Shown piece after piece: positions 47,744 through 58,493 of a DNA stretch of 64,000 nucleotides. The notes under the pieces were generated by a model, which saw only the letters and a program-made list of their open reading frames with translations, was not told where the DNA came from and searched no databases. The position numbers and the translations under genes were made by a program. Numbering within the stretch: position 1 is the stretch's first letter; the number at the start of each line of letters is the position of its first letter. This stretch comes from Deinococcus sp. (GTDB taxonomy: Bacteria > Deinococcota > Deinococci > Deinococcales > Deinococcaceae), in the NCBI GenBank assembly GCA_965261005.1, contig OZ253376.1, forward strand, positions 192,001 through 256,000. The letters run 5' to 3'.

Positions 47744-49482
47744 GCTTGTGCCTCCGTAGTGTCAGTTTCTGAATGGTCAGCGGGTTCAGGGGGCTGGAGA
47801 GGTTCGGGCGTTTCCTCCCTGGGTTCCTTGGCATAGCCGTAGGCAATCAGCAGCATCGCCACCATCTGCGAATCGTGTACGTCCAGCAGCTTGCCGACTT
47901 CCAGCAGGTCCTCCGTGGTGACGGGGGCGCGGCCACGCTTGCCCCGGTCGGCGGCGCGGAGGTTCTCGGTCATGTACTCGGTCACGAAGTCCGAGAGGGC
48001 CGCCATGAATCTAGTCTTGGTCGCGGCGTTGCGCTTGAGTTCCTGGGCCAGGCCGTAATGCACCTCGTAAGTGCGGTTGCCACTGAGTTTACGGGTATAG
48101 AGCGCCGTGCGGGTGGCCCGCCGGATCGCCCCCGCCACGCTCTGGAAACCGCTGTTCGTGATGATTTCGTTGAGGTTGTTCTTCTGACTTTCCATATTTT
48201 GCAGCACCCTCCCCAGGTGGTCAGTGGTCATCCAGAGCGCGTATTTTCCTTTGTCGGCCAGTCTCAGCACATGCGGCCCATAGTTCGACAGAAACTCCAG
48301 AAAAGCCCGCACGTCTTGCCCACTCAGAAAGTCGCGGTAACGCTCCAGCAGGTTGCGCTCCTCCGAGTGGCTCTCGTCCAGGTTGCGAATGACCTGCCGG
48401 TGTTCCTCCAGCACGTCCAGCCACGTTTTCCGCTGCTCGTCGGCCTCGTCGCCGTCCAACCGCACCCAGGCGGGCAGGGCGATAAAGGAGATGTTGGTCA
48501 CGCCCTTCGCGCTGCCGAGATTCTGGAAGTAGGCGGTCTGAAAACCGGAGATGAGGTCTCTGGGCCGTCCACGTTTAAAGGTCTTGTGCTCATCGTGCTT
48601 GAGCAGCGTTTCAGTGAGCGTCAGCGCCGCTAAGATGTCCACCTGAACAGCTCCCCCTCCCCTAAAATCTTTGCGAAAATTGACCATGACTTGTCGCAAG
48701 GTTTCCAACTCAATATCAGCGGGCTGAACCACCAGTATCTTGAGATCATCTATTTTTGCCTTCTCATTTGCTTTGGGATAAACGGCTACGGCTCCTATAA
48801 ACCACCCTGCGTATTTGAGTGCCTCTGTAACGAGCAGTCCGTCTTCCTGTCCCATTCCAATACTATTGGCTTTGAGTGAATTCATCCCCTTTCCTGCTAT
48901 GGGATTAAATGCTTGGACTTTGGAAACTTTAATTTTGGCCTTACTATTATTAAGTGCCTTACTTAGAGCATTTTCAATATCTGATAGGGGGTTTTCTCCG
49001 GAGAGCGATTCGATAAGAACACGAGTATGTATAGGAAATCTTTCCGATGCTAGCTCGTGATAAGCAATTGCATACCCGCTAGTCCAAGGCTTTTTAAGCA
49101 GATCTACTAAACTGGAGTACAACGTGAAATCAGCTCTTGGGGGATGGATTTCTTCGGGTGCATCCTCCCAGTTTGTATTCTTATTGTTTTCCTTCCAGGC
49201 GCGCATTTTCTCGTTTTCGAATCTTTCTCGCACGTAGTCAAATACATCGGTCTGTTCAGTGGCATCCTTATCCGTTTTGATGTACTCGTAAAGCCGTGGC
49301 GGCGTCCCTTCGGGGATGGTAATAGGCTGATTAACATGTAAGGTATAGGCATCCTGACTCACGTCTAGGTAGAGCCTCACCTTGCCCTGATCGCTCAAAA
49401 CCTTTAGCAAGCGCCCCAATCCCAGCACCATAAGAGTGTCTGCGTAAGTGCCCTGGACACGCGGCACAGTGTAGGTGGTCAA
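47740..49482 (-). CDS. cas8: Cas8-like large subunit (C-terminal helical region may be a Cas11-like small subunit)
   Basis: Position between cas3 and cas7; size; NPIAGKGMN motif. Confidence 0.75.
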   Translation of the reverse strand: MTTYTVPRVQGTYADTLMVLGLGRLLKVLSDQGKVRLYLDVSQDAYTLHVNQPITIPEGTPPRLYEYIKTDKDATEQTDVFDYVRERFENEKMRAWKENNKNTNWEDAPEEIHPPRADFTLYSSLVDLLKKPWTSGYAIAYHELASERFPIHTRVLIESLSGENPLSDIENALSKALNNSKAKIKVSKVQAFNPIAGKGMNSLKANSIGMGQEDGLLVTEALKYAGWFIGAVAVYPKANEKAKIDDLKILVVQPADIELETLRQVMVNFRKDFRGGGAVQVDILAALTLTETLLKHDEHKTFKRGRPRDLISGFQTAYFQNLGSAKGVTNISFIALPAWVRLDGDEADEQRKTWLDVLEEHRQVIRNLDESHSEERNLLERYRDFLSGQDVRAFLEFLSNYGPHVLRLADKGKYALWMTTDHLGRVLQNMESQKNNLNEIITNSGFQSVAGAIRRATRTALYTRKLSGNRTYEVHYGLAQELKRNAATKTRFMAALSDFVTEYMTENLRAADRGKRGRAPVTTEDLLEVGKLLDVHDSQMVAMLLIAYGYAKEPREETPEPLQPPEPADHSETDTTEAQA

Positions 49483-52013
49483 GAGATTGCCTCCTTCTGG
49501 CGAACGTCTTCAAATGAGCGGGTGTCACCTAGGCGCAATACGCGCGATGCGAGGGTGTAGACCATCCACGCCAATTCGTCATCAGGCGTAGGTAGCTCCG
49601 GCTCCGTAACAGCTCCAACACCCTGTATTTGCAATTTGCTGATGCTGTCCACGTCCAGCGGTATACCTGCCAGAAGTTCAAACACACGGTTGGCCTCCGC
49701 GCCAGCACCTACATCCAGCTTCCAGGCATCCGTTTCACCAGACGCGTTGGCCGAGTGGTGACGGCAGATGGCGCCCAGGATGCCTTGTAGAACACTGAAG
49801 CCCTTTTCATCGCCTAACCGGTTCATCAGAAAGCTATCCAGCCCCTCGGCCACCACAGCCGCCGACTCCCCCGCATGCGGCGGGCGCGGCCCTACACGTT
49901 GATTGCGCTCCCTGTCAAACCTCGGGTGGTAATCGGTATGGGCGCAGTAGTCGCCTTTCCCTTGCGGCGTGGCGCTGAACTTGCCTTCCTGACCATTCCA
50001 AAGCAAGCGGCCCGCGTATTCCCGCACCTGCTCGGCCTGCCAGCGGCGCGTCCACTTTTGCCAACCCACCGAAAGTTTCCCGATGTCGTGCCCGGCAATG
50101 GCTGCCTTCAGCGCCAGCTCCATTGTTCCGGCGGGCAGGCCAAACCTGGCGTCCACCTTCGGGCAGAGGTGCCAGACATCCTTTGCATGTCTTCTAGAAG
50201 CGTCCAGCACGCGGGCGATGTGCTGCTCGTAGGTTTCGTAGGTGTACCAGTAGTCGGGCCGCTCGCCGGAGGAACGGGGCAGGTGTACGGGCGGGAAGTC
50301 ATGCACACCCAATGCCCGCCCTTCGGGGGCCGTCCAGCGGAAGCCTTCCTGCCGGTTGTAGAAAACAAGGCTGGGATTGACCAGCACCAACGGCTCGTTC
50401 CTGAGTTGTTCGGGCGCGGTGACGGACACCCATTCCAGGCGCGTGGGCTGGCGGCCCTCCCCGCCCCGGCCCTTCTGACGCTCTGGCTCCACTTCGCGGG
50501 GTTCGCGGGGGACCTTGGCGAGCCAGCTCACGTCATGGTCGGGATTCAGGCCAGACGCCTCGCGGTTCCGCTCCAGCGCGGCAAAGTCAACCCGACTCAC
50601 ACTCAGGCGCTCGTGACGGTTGATCTTGTCCCAGGTGGAGAGGTCGGTTGGCGGCTCTGGCGGCACGAGGAGCAGGCTGACGTTTTGAATATCGCGGATA
50701 AGTTCGGGGCGCTTTCCAGCATCGCCGTTCATGGCGTCCGCCATTTTGGAGGGCCAGGTCAGGGGTCTGGCGGCCACATACGCTCCCCAGTTCTCCCGGT
50801 CGCCCGACGTATGAACCTCGTCGATCAGCCTCTTCTCCACATCTGGCGTGATGGGTGTAGTCAGGTCCGCCAGCGCGTCCCAGGTGGCCCGGATCACCGT
50901 CTCCTGCCCCTTATACGGCAACACGTCCCACTCGCCCTTCTCGTTGGGAGGGAGGGCATACACGCTGACCGTGCCCGCTTCGCCCTGATAGCGGGCGTTG
51001 CGGCCCGCCCGCTGAAGCAGGGCGTTGGCGGGGCAGACCTCGGTGTGCAGGTGGTCGGAACTGATGTCCAGACCCACCTCAATGGCTTGTGAGGCCACCA
51101 AGATGACGTTCTGCTTCGCCTCCCGGCCCAGTAACGTCCTGAGCTGCGCCTCACGCTCGTTGCGGTGGGCGGGGAAGTAGCGCGAGTGCATCATGGCGAG
51201 AGTCACCCCCTGCAAATTCGGATGTCCTTCCTGCTGTAACCGTTCCAATTCGGCGTAGAGGGCCTGAACACGGCCCACCGTGTTGGCGATGGCGATGCTG
51301 CGCCGCTGATGCGCCCCGGCGACGGCCTGAGCAGTCAGCAGGGCGTCCATCCGGCGCAAGCGGCGGATTTTGTCCTGGCTCGCCATCTGGCCCAGTTCTT
51401 CCGACGTGGGCGTGATGGAGACGGCCCCCACCTCCCGCGCCAGCCGCCCGGTGAGTTCCTCGGAGAAGGTGGCGGTCATGAACAGGAAGGGGGTGACGCC
51501 CGACAGTGCCCGCGCCATCTCCAGGGCGGTCCGAAAAGCCCGCACTGGGTCAAAGAGGTGGAATTCGTCCAGCACGACGTAGCTCGCCACCACACCGCCC
51601 GCGCCGATGTTGCGGCCCCGCCAACTCTGCGAGTACGGCACGTGCAGATAGTTGCTGAGCAGTTGGTCAACGGTCGTCACGATGATGTCGGCTTCCAGCA
51701 GCGGGTCGGCGGGGTCCTCGCCGGTGTGAAGCTTGACGGTCAAGCCAAGCCCTTTCCCCACGGCCTGCGCTCGCCTGTGCAGGTCTTTTGCCAGCGTCCG
51801 CATAGGAGAGGCGAGGATGCAGCGGAGGGGAAAGTTTTGGCGCTTCTTCTGCCGGGCCAGCAGGAAAGGACCGAGCGCCGCCTCCGTTTTCCCTGCCCCC
51901 GTCGGAGCGCGAAGGATGACGTTCTGGCCGCCCAGGAGAGCGTCCGCGACACGTTGCTGGTAAGGGTAGGGGTTCAGGCCGAAAAGACTTTGTAGGTCTG
52001 AAGGAATGTCCAC
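49479..52013 (-). CDS. cas3: Cas3 with N-terminal SF2 helicase and C-terminal HD nuclease (start uncertain; GTG 52013 preferred over ATG 52076)
   Basis: APTGAGKT, DEFH, MTAT, HSRY, QRAGR, then EQH...HDIGK...H...HH...D. Confidence 0.93.
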   Translation of the reverse strand: MDIPSDLQSLFGLNPYPYQQRVADALLGGQNVILRAPTGAGKTEAALGPFLLARQKKRQNFPLRCILASPMRTLAKDLHRRAQAVGKGLGLTVKLHTGEDPADPLLEADIIVTTVDQLLSNYLHVPYSQSWRGRNIGAGGVVASYVVLDEFHLFDPVRAFRTALEMARALSGVTPFLFMTATFSEELTGRLAREVGAVSITPTSEELGQMASQDKIRRLRRMDALLTAQAVAGAHQRRSIAIANTVGRVQALYAELERLQQEGHPNLQGVTLAMMHSRYFPAHRNEREAQLRTLLGREAKQNVILVASQAIEVGLDISSDHLHTEVCPANALLQRAGRNARYQGEAGTVSVYALPPNEKGEWDVLPYKGQETVIRATWDALADLTTPITPDVEKRLIDEVHTSGDRENWGAYVAARPLTWPSKMADAMNGDAGKRPELIRDIQNVSLLLVPPEPPTDLSTWDKINRHERLSVSRVDFAALERNREASGLNPDHDVSWLAKVPREPREVEPERQKGRGGEGRQPTRLEWVSVTAPEQLRNEPLVLVNPSLVFYNRQEGFRWTAPEGRALGVHDFPPVHLPRSSGERPDYWYTYETYEQHIARVLDASRRHAKDVWHLCPKVDARFGLPAGTMELALKAAIAGHDIGKLSVGWQKWTRRWQAEQVREYAGRLLWNGQEGKFSATPQGKGDYCAHTDYHPRFDRERNQRVGPRPPHAGESAAVVAEGLDSFLMNRLGDEKGFSVLQGILGAICRHHSANASGETDAWKLDVGAGAEANRVFELLAGIPLDVDSISKLQIQGVGAVTEPELPTPDDELAWMVYTLASRVLRLGDTRSFEDVRQKEAIS

Positions 52014-52055
52014 AGGTTGACCTTGACAGCGGAACGAGGCTTTGAAAGACGTGTC

Positions 52056-52140
52056 AAAAAAGGTCACTCCATCCATTTACTACTTTCAGTTCCCTAGCGT
52101 CACGGCACGGCGTCCGGGGAGAAGCAGATTGAAGTGACCT
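52056..52140 (-). ncRNA. Putative crRNA-like RNA: degenerate repeat (52135-52083), ~21-nt guide (52082-52062), U6 tract
   Basis: ACTTCAA...TCCCCG...CGCTAGGGAACTGAAAG versus repeat GCTTCAA...TCCCCG..CGATAGGGGACTGAAAC; upstream TGGACT-N17-TAGAGT. Confidence 0.7.
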
Positions 52141-52222
52141 TGAATCACTCTAACCAGAACCCCAAAGAAAGTCCACCCCTAGTAATAGAAGGAGTAATAA
52201 GGTGAAGTGCTATCCTCCTGCC

Positions 52223-55033
52223 ATGCGTTTTCTCACCTACCGCGACCTCGACGCTTCCCGCGTCAAGAAGCAGCTCGGGAAGGTGCGCGAGTCCATTGAG
52301 CGCGACGACTTCCGCACGCCGGACGTCAAGAAGCTGGCGCAGGGAAACTATTACCGCGCGCGGCTGGACGACACCAACCGCCTGCTGCTGACCTTTGTCA
52401 GGCACGAAGCGGAGACGGTCTGCCTCGCGCTGGAGGTCATTCACCAGCACGCCTACGAGAAGTCGCGCTTTTTGCGGGGTGCGGCCATAGACGAGGCGAA
52501 GCTGCCCGACTTCAGCGTGGAAACGGTGAGCGCGGAGGCGGCCCCGGTGCGCTATCTCAACCCGGCCCGCAGCGAGTTTCACCTGCTGGACAAGGTGATC
52601 TCCTTCGACGATACGCAGGACGCGGTGTACCGCACGCCCGCGCCGCTGATCCTGGTGGGGTCGGCCGGGAGCGGCAAGACCGCGCTGACGCTGCAAAAGC
52701 TGCGCGAGATGCCGGGGCAGGTGCTGTACGTGACGCTCTCGCCGTACCTCGCGCAGGGCGCCGCCGGGCTGTACGGGGCGCACGGCTTCGAGAACGAGGC
52801 GCAGGAGGTGCAGTTCCTCTCCTTTGCCGACTTGCTGAAGACCCTGCGCGTGCCGCGTGGCCGGGAAGTCACCCCCCAGGACTTTCGCGGCTGGGTGGCC
52901 CGGCAGCCCCAGCTCAAGTTCACCGACGCCCACCAGCTGTTCGAGGAGTTCCGGGGTGTGCTGGGCAGCTCGCCGCAAGGTCCCCTGTCGCGCGAAGCGT
53001 ACCTGGCCCTCGGCGTCCGCCAAAGCCTGTACGGTGCGGAGCAGCGCCCGCAGGTGTATGACCTGTTTTCCAAGTACCTGACGTGGCTGGAGGAGGCGGG
53101 GCTGTACGACGCTTCTCTGCTGGCCGCCCAGTATCTGCCGGAGGTGCAGCCCACCGCCGACTTCGTGGTGGTGGACGAGGTGCAGGACTTCACGGCGGCG
53201 CAGCTGGCGCTGGCGCTGCGGACGCTGAAGACGCCGGGGCAGTTCCTGTTGTGCGGCGACGCCAACCAGATCGTGCATCCCAACTTCTTCTCGTGGGCGC
53301 GGGTCAAGACGCTGCTGTGGCAAGACCCCGACTTGGCCGAGCGGCAGAAGATCAACGTCCTTCAAGTCAATTTCCGCAACTCCTCGCAGGTGACGCGGGT
53401 GGCGAACGACCTCCTCAAGGTCAAGCACGCCCGTTTTGGCAGCGTGGACCGCGAAAGCAATTTCCTGGTGCGGGCGGTGGCGCGGGAGCCGGGGTCGGTC
53501 ACCTTTTTGCCCGACGACCCCCGCGTCAAGCGGCAGCTGAACGAGCAGACGCAAGGCAGCACCGAGTACGCCGTGCTGGTGCTGCGCGACGAGGACAAGG
53601 CGGAGGCGCGAAAGGCCTTTGGCACCCCGCTGGTCTTCTCCGTCCACGAGGCCAAGGGGCTGGAGTACGGGGGCGTCATCCTGCACAACTTCATCAGCGG
53701 GGCGCGGCAGATGTACGCGGACATCGCCGAGGGCGTCACGGAAGCCGATTTGCAACGGGACGAGCTGGCCTACCGCCGCGCAAAGGACCGGGCCGACCGC
53801 TCGCTGGAACTCTACAAGTTCTACGTGAACGCGCTGTACGTGGCCGTGACCCGCGCGGTGGAGCGGGTGATCTTGGTGGAGGCGGACACCCGCCACCCCC
53901 TGCTCGCCCTGCTGGGCGTGAGGCTGGGGGACGAGGCCGAGCAACTCAAGGTGAAAAAGGCGTCCCGCGAGGATTGGGAGCGCGAGGCCCGCAAGCTGGA
54001 GTTGCAGGGCAAGAAGGAGCAGGCCGGGGACATCCGCCGCCGCATCCTTCAGCAAAAGGACGTGCCGTGGGAGGTCTGGACGCCGTCCGTGCTGGCGCGG
54101 ATGCAGGCGCGGGCGCAGGTGCATCCCGGCGACGTGAAGGGGGCGCGCGAACTCATGGATTACGCGCTGCTCAGCTTGGACGGGCGGCTGCTGGAGGAGC
54201 TGGCGGACCTGAAGATCAAGCCCGCTCAGTCCTTTTTGCGCAACTCGGACAAGGACCGCCGCGTTCAGCGGCAGGCGGTGGTGGACAAGCGCCGCAAGGC
54301 CTACGAGACCGGTAACCTCAAGGCCATCTTGGCCGACACCGAGCGCTACGGCGTGGACCACCGCACGCCGGAGAACCTCACCCCGCTGATGCTGGCGGTG
54401 CTGAGCGGCAACTTGGCGCTGGTGGACGCCCTGCTGGAACGCGGCGCGGACCCGACCCAGACGGACCTGTACGGGCGCACGCCGCACATGCTGGCGCTTG
54501 GGCGGGCGATGGAGGACGCGGCGTACGCGCGGCACATGCTCGGCCCCACCTGGGAGCGGGTGCGGCCCGCCGCGCTGGACGTGCTGGTGGGGGACCGCTT
54601 GGTGCGCCTTTCCCAAGAGGGGGCCGAGTTCTACTTCCTGAGCGTGATGCTGGCCCTTTTGCCGCACTACACCTCGCGGCTGGCCTGGCCTGAGCTGTCC
54701 CCGCACGACCTGTTGGAGCGGCAGCAGGGCTTCTACGTGAACGCCCTCCAGACCCACCTGGACCTTTTCCCGGCGAACGTGCTGAGGGAGGCGCGGCGCA
54801 AGCGCACCTACTTCAACCACGTGCTGGCGCGGGCCGAGGTGGACAGCACCTACGCGCCCGCCCGCCGGTTGTGGCGGCGCGTGAGGCAGGGCTATTACGT
54901 CCTGAACCCGGAGCTGGCGGTGAAGCTGGTCCTGGCGCCGGACGCGGAGGGTGAGTGGGTGAACGTGGGCCTGCTGACCGATCCCATCGCGCGGGGATGG
55001 CTCGCGTCACCGGGTGAGGCCGCCGTCCTCTAA
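52223..55033 (+). CDS. RelE-like N-terminal domain, UvrD-like SF1 helicase and ankyrin-repeat protein
   Basis: DVKKL..GNYYRARLDDTNRLL; GSAGSGKT, VDEVQD, CGDANQ, NFRNS, EAKGLE, YVAVTRA; TPLMLAV..GN..LVDALLERGAD. Extended -10 TGCTATCCT six nt before ATG 52223. Confidence 0.85.
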   Translation: MRFLTYRDLDASRVKKQLGKVRESIERDDFRTPDVKKLAQGNYYRARLDDTNRLLLTFVRHEAETVCLALEVIHQHAYEKSRFLRGAAIDEAKLPDFSVETVSAEAAPVRYLNPARSEFHLLDKVISFDDTQDAVYRTPAPLILVGSAGSGKTALTLQKLREMPGQVLYVTLSPYLAQGAAGLYGAHGFENEAQEVQFLSFADLLKTLRVPRGREVTPQDFRGWVARQPQLKFTDAHQLFEEFRGVLGSSPQGPLSREAYLALGVRQSLYGAEQRPQVYDLFSKYLTWLEEAGLYDASLLAAQYLPEVQPTADFVVVDEVQDFTAAQLALALRTLKTPGQFLLCGDANQIVHPNFFSWARVKTLLWQDPDLAERQKINVLQVNFRNSSQVTRVANDLLKVKHARFGSVDRESNFLVRAVAREPGSVTFLPDDPRVKRQLNEQTQGSTEYAVLVLRDEDKAEARKAFGTPLVFSVHEAKGLEYGGVILHNFISGARQMYADIAEGVTEADLQRDELAYRRAKDRADRSLELYKFYVNALYVAVTRAVERVILVEADTRHPLLALLGVRLGDEAEQLKVKKASREDWEREARKLELQGKKEQAGDIRRRILQQKDVPWEVWTPSVLARMQARAQVHPGDVKGARELMDYALLSLDGRLLEELADLKIKPAQSFLRNSDKDRRVQRQAVVDKRRKAYETGNLKAILADTERYGVDHRTPENLTPLMLAVLSGNLALVDALLERGADPTQTDLYGRTPHMLALGRAMEDAAYARHMLGPTWERVRPAALDVLVGDRLVRLSQEGAEFYFLSVMLALLPHYTSRLAWPELSPHDLLERQQGFYVNALQTHLDLFPANVLREARRKRTYFNHVLARAEVDSTYAPARRLWRRVRQGYYVLNPELAVKLVLAPDAEGEWVNVGLLTDPIARGWLASPGEAAVL

Positions 55034-55042
55034 ACTCCCCCC

Positions 55043-56961
<1,919 letters not shown>

Positions 56962-57224
56962 CCGCAAGGGGCGTGGCTGCTGTCAAAGTCCGGCAATTTG
57001 CGGGGCGTGCTGGCGGGCCTTTTCGGGGAGGCCAGCCTCCGGGGGCCGGCACTATGGACGCTGCCCGGGGAAAATGGCGTCCTGCACAGACCGCAAAACG
57101 GCGCGTCAGAGACCTGCTCCGGCTGTTGCGAACGCTGCCAGCGTGTAGGATGAATGCTGTCCTGCACCTCAGGGCGAGCCGCATGACAACACCTGCCCTC
57201 CTTGAAAAGGGCGAGAAATAAGCC
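56962..57224 (+). promoter_or_regulatory. CRISPR leader
   Basis: Homologous to 43776-43990; degenerate repeats lie at the far end of the array. Confidence 0.8.
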
Positions 57225-58446
57225 GCTTCAACCACTTCCCCGAGCGATAGGGGACTGAAACACCCGTGGCGCACCATCGCGGTAGACGGGCTGCCCGGCT
57301 TCAACCACTTCCCCGAGCGATAGGGGACTGAAACGGTATACCCAGTTAATCGCCCAGGTCGCAACCGCTTGCTTCAACCACTTCCCCGAGCGATAGGGGA
57401 CTGAAACAGGTGTACGGCGACGCCAGGGTGTACGGCGACGCTTGGGTGCTTCAACCACTTCCCCGAGCGATAGGGGACTGAAACCGCTGATCGTGAGCAT
57501 CGCGGCCGAACTGCGCGCAAGGCTTCAACCACTTCCCCGAGCGATAGGGGACTGAAACTCGCAGTAATTCTTCTCGAACTCCAGGTGACGAATGCTTCAA
57601 CCACTTCCCCGAGCGATAGGGGACTGAAACGCACCTTGGACAGCGCCAACCGCACCCTTACGGCTCTGCTTCAACCACTTCCCCGAGCGATAGGGGACTG
57701 AAACTGGAGCGGCCCCGCGCGAAGTTCCGCAATCGCACCAGCTTCAACCACTTCCCCGAGCGATAGGGGACTGAAACAGCTGCGCGACTCACAGGAGATG
57801 CGCGCCGGCCACCTGCTTCAACCACTTCCCCGAGCGATAGGGGACTGAAACGCGAGCACGGGCAGCGGCGCGGGTGCGGGCAGCACGCTTCAACCACTTC
57901 CCCGAGCGATAGGGGACTGAAACGCGTGCAGCGAGGAGATGTCGCTGCTGCTTCTGCGGCTTGCTTCAACAGCTTCCCCGAGCGATAGGGGACTGAAACG
58001 CGAAGGTCGCCAGCGCGTCTTGTGTCAGTAAAAGCCGTACAGGCCGTACTTACACGTGACCTTGGAACTGGTGGGGGATACAATGGAAGTGTTCCACGCC
58101 CACGCCATGAACGCGGCAGAGCTGCAAATCTACAAGGGTAAGGGTGGGAAAAAGAGATGAGCAAGTTCAAAACCGTGCGGCTGGCCGACGTGCCGGACAA
58201 CATGACCCAAGAAGAGGAAGCCCGTTACTGGGATTCGCACACCATCGCCTCCGACGACTGGGAAGAGGCGCCAGTAGGGGACGCGGCGCTGGATACCTTC
58301 TTTGGGCGCTACGATGCCGAGCACGCCCTCGTTCGAGGCTTCAACGATTTCCCCGAGCGATAGGGGACTGAAACAGAACTCCTGCGGCACCTGCCCCGGC
58401 ACCTCGTAGGCTTCAACAACTTCCCCGAGCGATAGGGGACTGAACC
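57225..58446 (+). CRISPR. CRISPR array: 13 repeats of GCTTCAACCACTTCCCCGAGCGATAGGGGACTGAAAC (37 bp), 11 spacers of 35-40 nt and one 338-bp insert
   Basis: Repeat starts 57225, 57298, 57371, 57448, 57522, 57594, 57668, 57741, 57815, 57887, 57963, 58338, 58410; the last three are variants. Confidence 0.98.
58157..58363 (+). CDS. CopG/BrnA-like antitoxin N-terminal fragment inside the array
   Basis: P..MTQEEEARYWDSH motif; ATGA-coupled to an upstream toxin-like tail; stop falls in repeat 12. Confidence 0.55.
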   Translation: MSKFKTVRLADVPDNMTQEEEARYWDSHTIASDDWEEAPVGDAALDTFFGRYDAEHALVRGFNDFPER

Positions 58447-58493
58447 TTGGTCAGGTCGTACCCGCCGCCGTCAATCTCATCTCGGTTTCCGTC

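Noticed and set aside
52014..52076. Cas3 N-terminal extension from ATG 52076
   Set aside because: It overlaps the guide and U-tract and has no Cas3-like sequence; GTG 52013 fits better.
52136..52208. A second pseudo-repeat (minus ACTTCACC...TAGGGGTGGAC) plus a 35-nt 'spacer', forming a two-repeat mini-array
   Set aside because: Similarity is weak and lacks the GAAA handle. The 35 nt are better explained as the -35/-10 promoter and the 'repeat' as the guide target. Not fully excluded.
57228..58203. ORFs with repeated FSPLSLGEVVEA
   Set aside because: Translations of CRISPR repeats.
57262..58409. Self-targeting by array spacers within the window
   Set aside because: No match found by eye; a computational search is needed to be certain.
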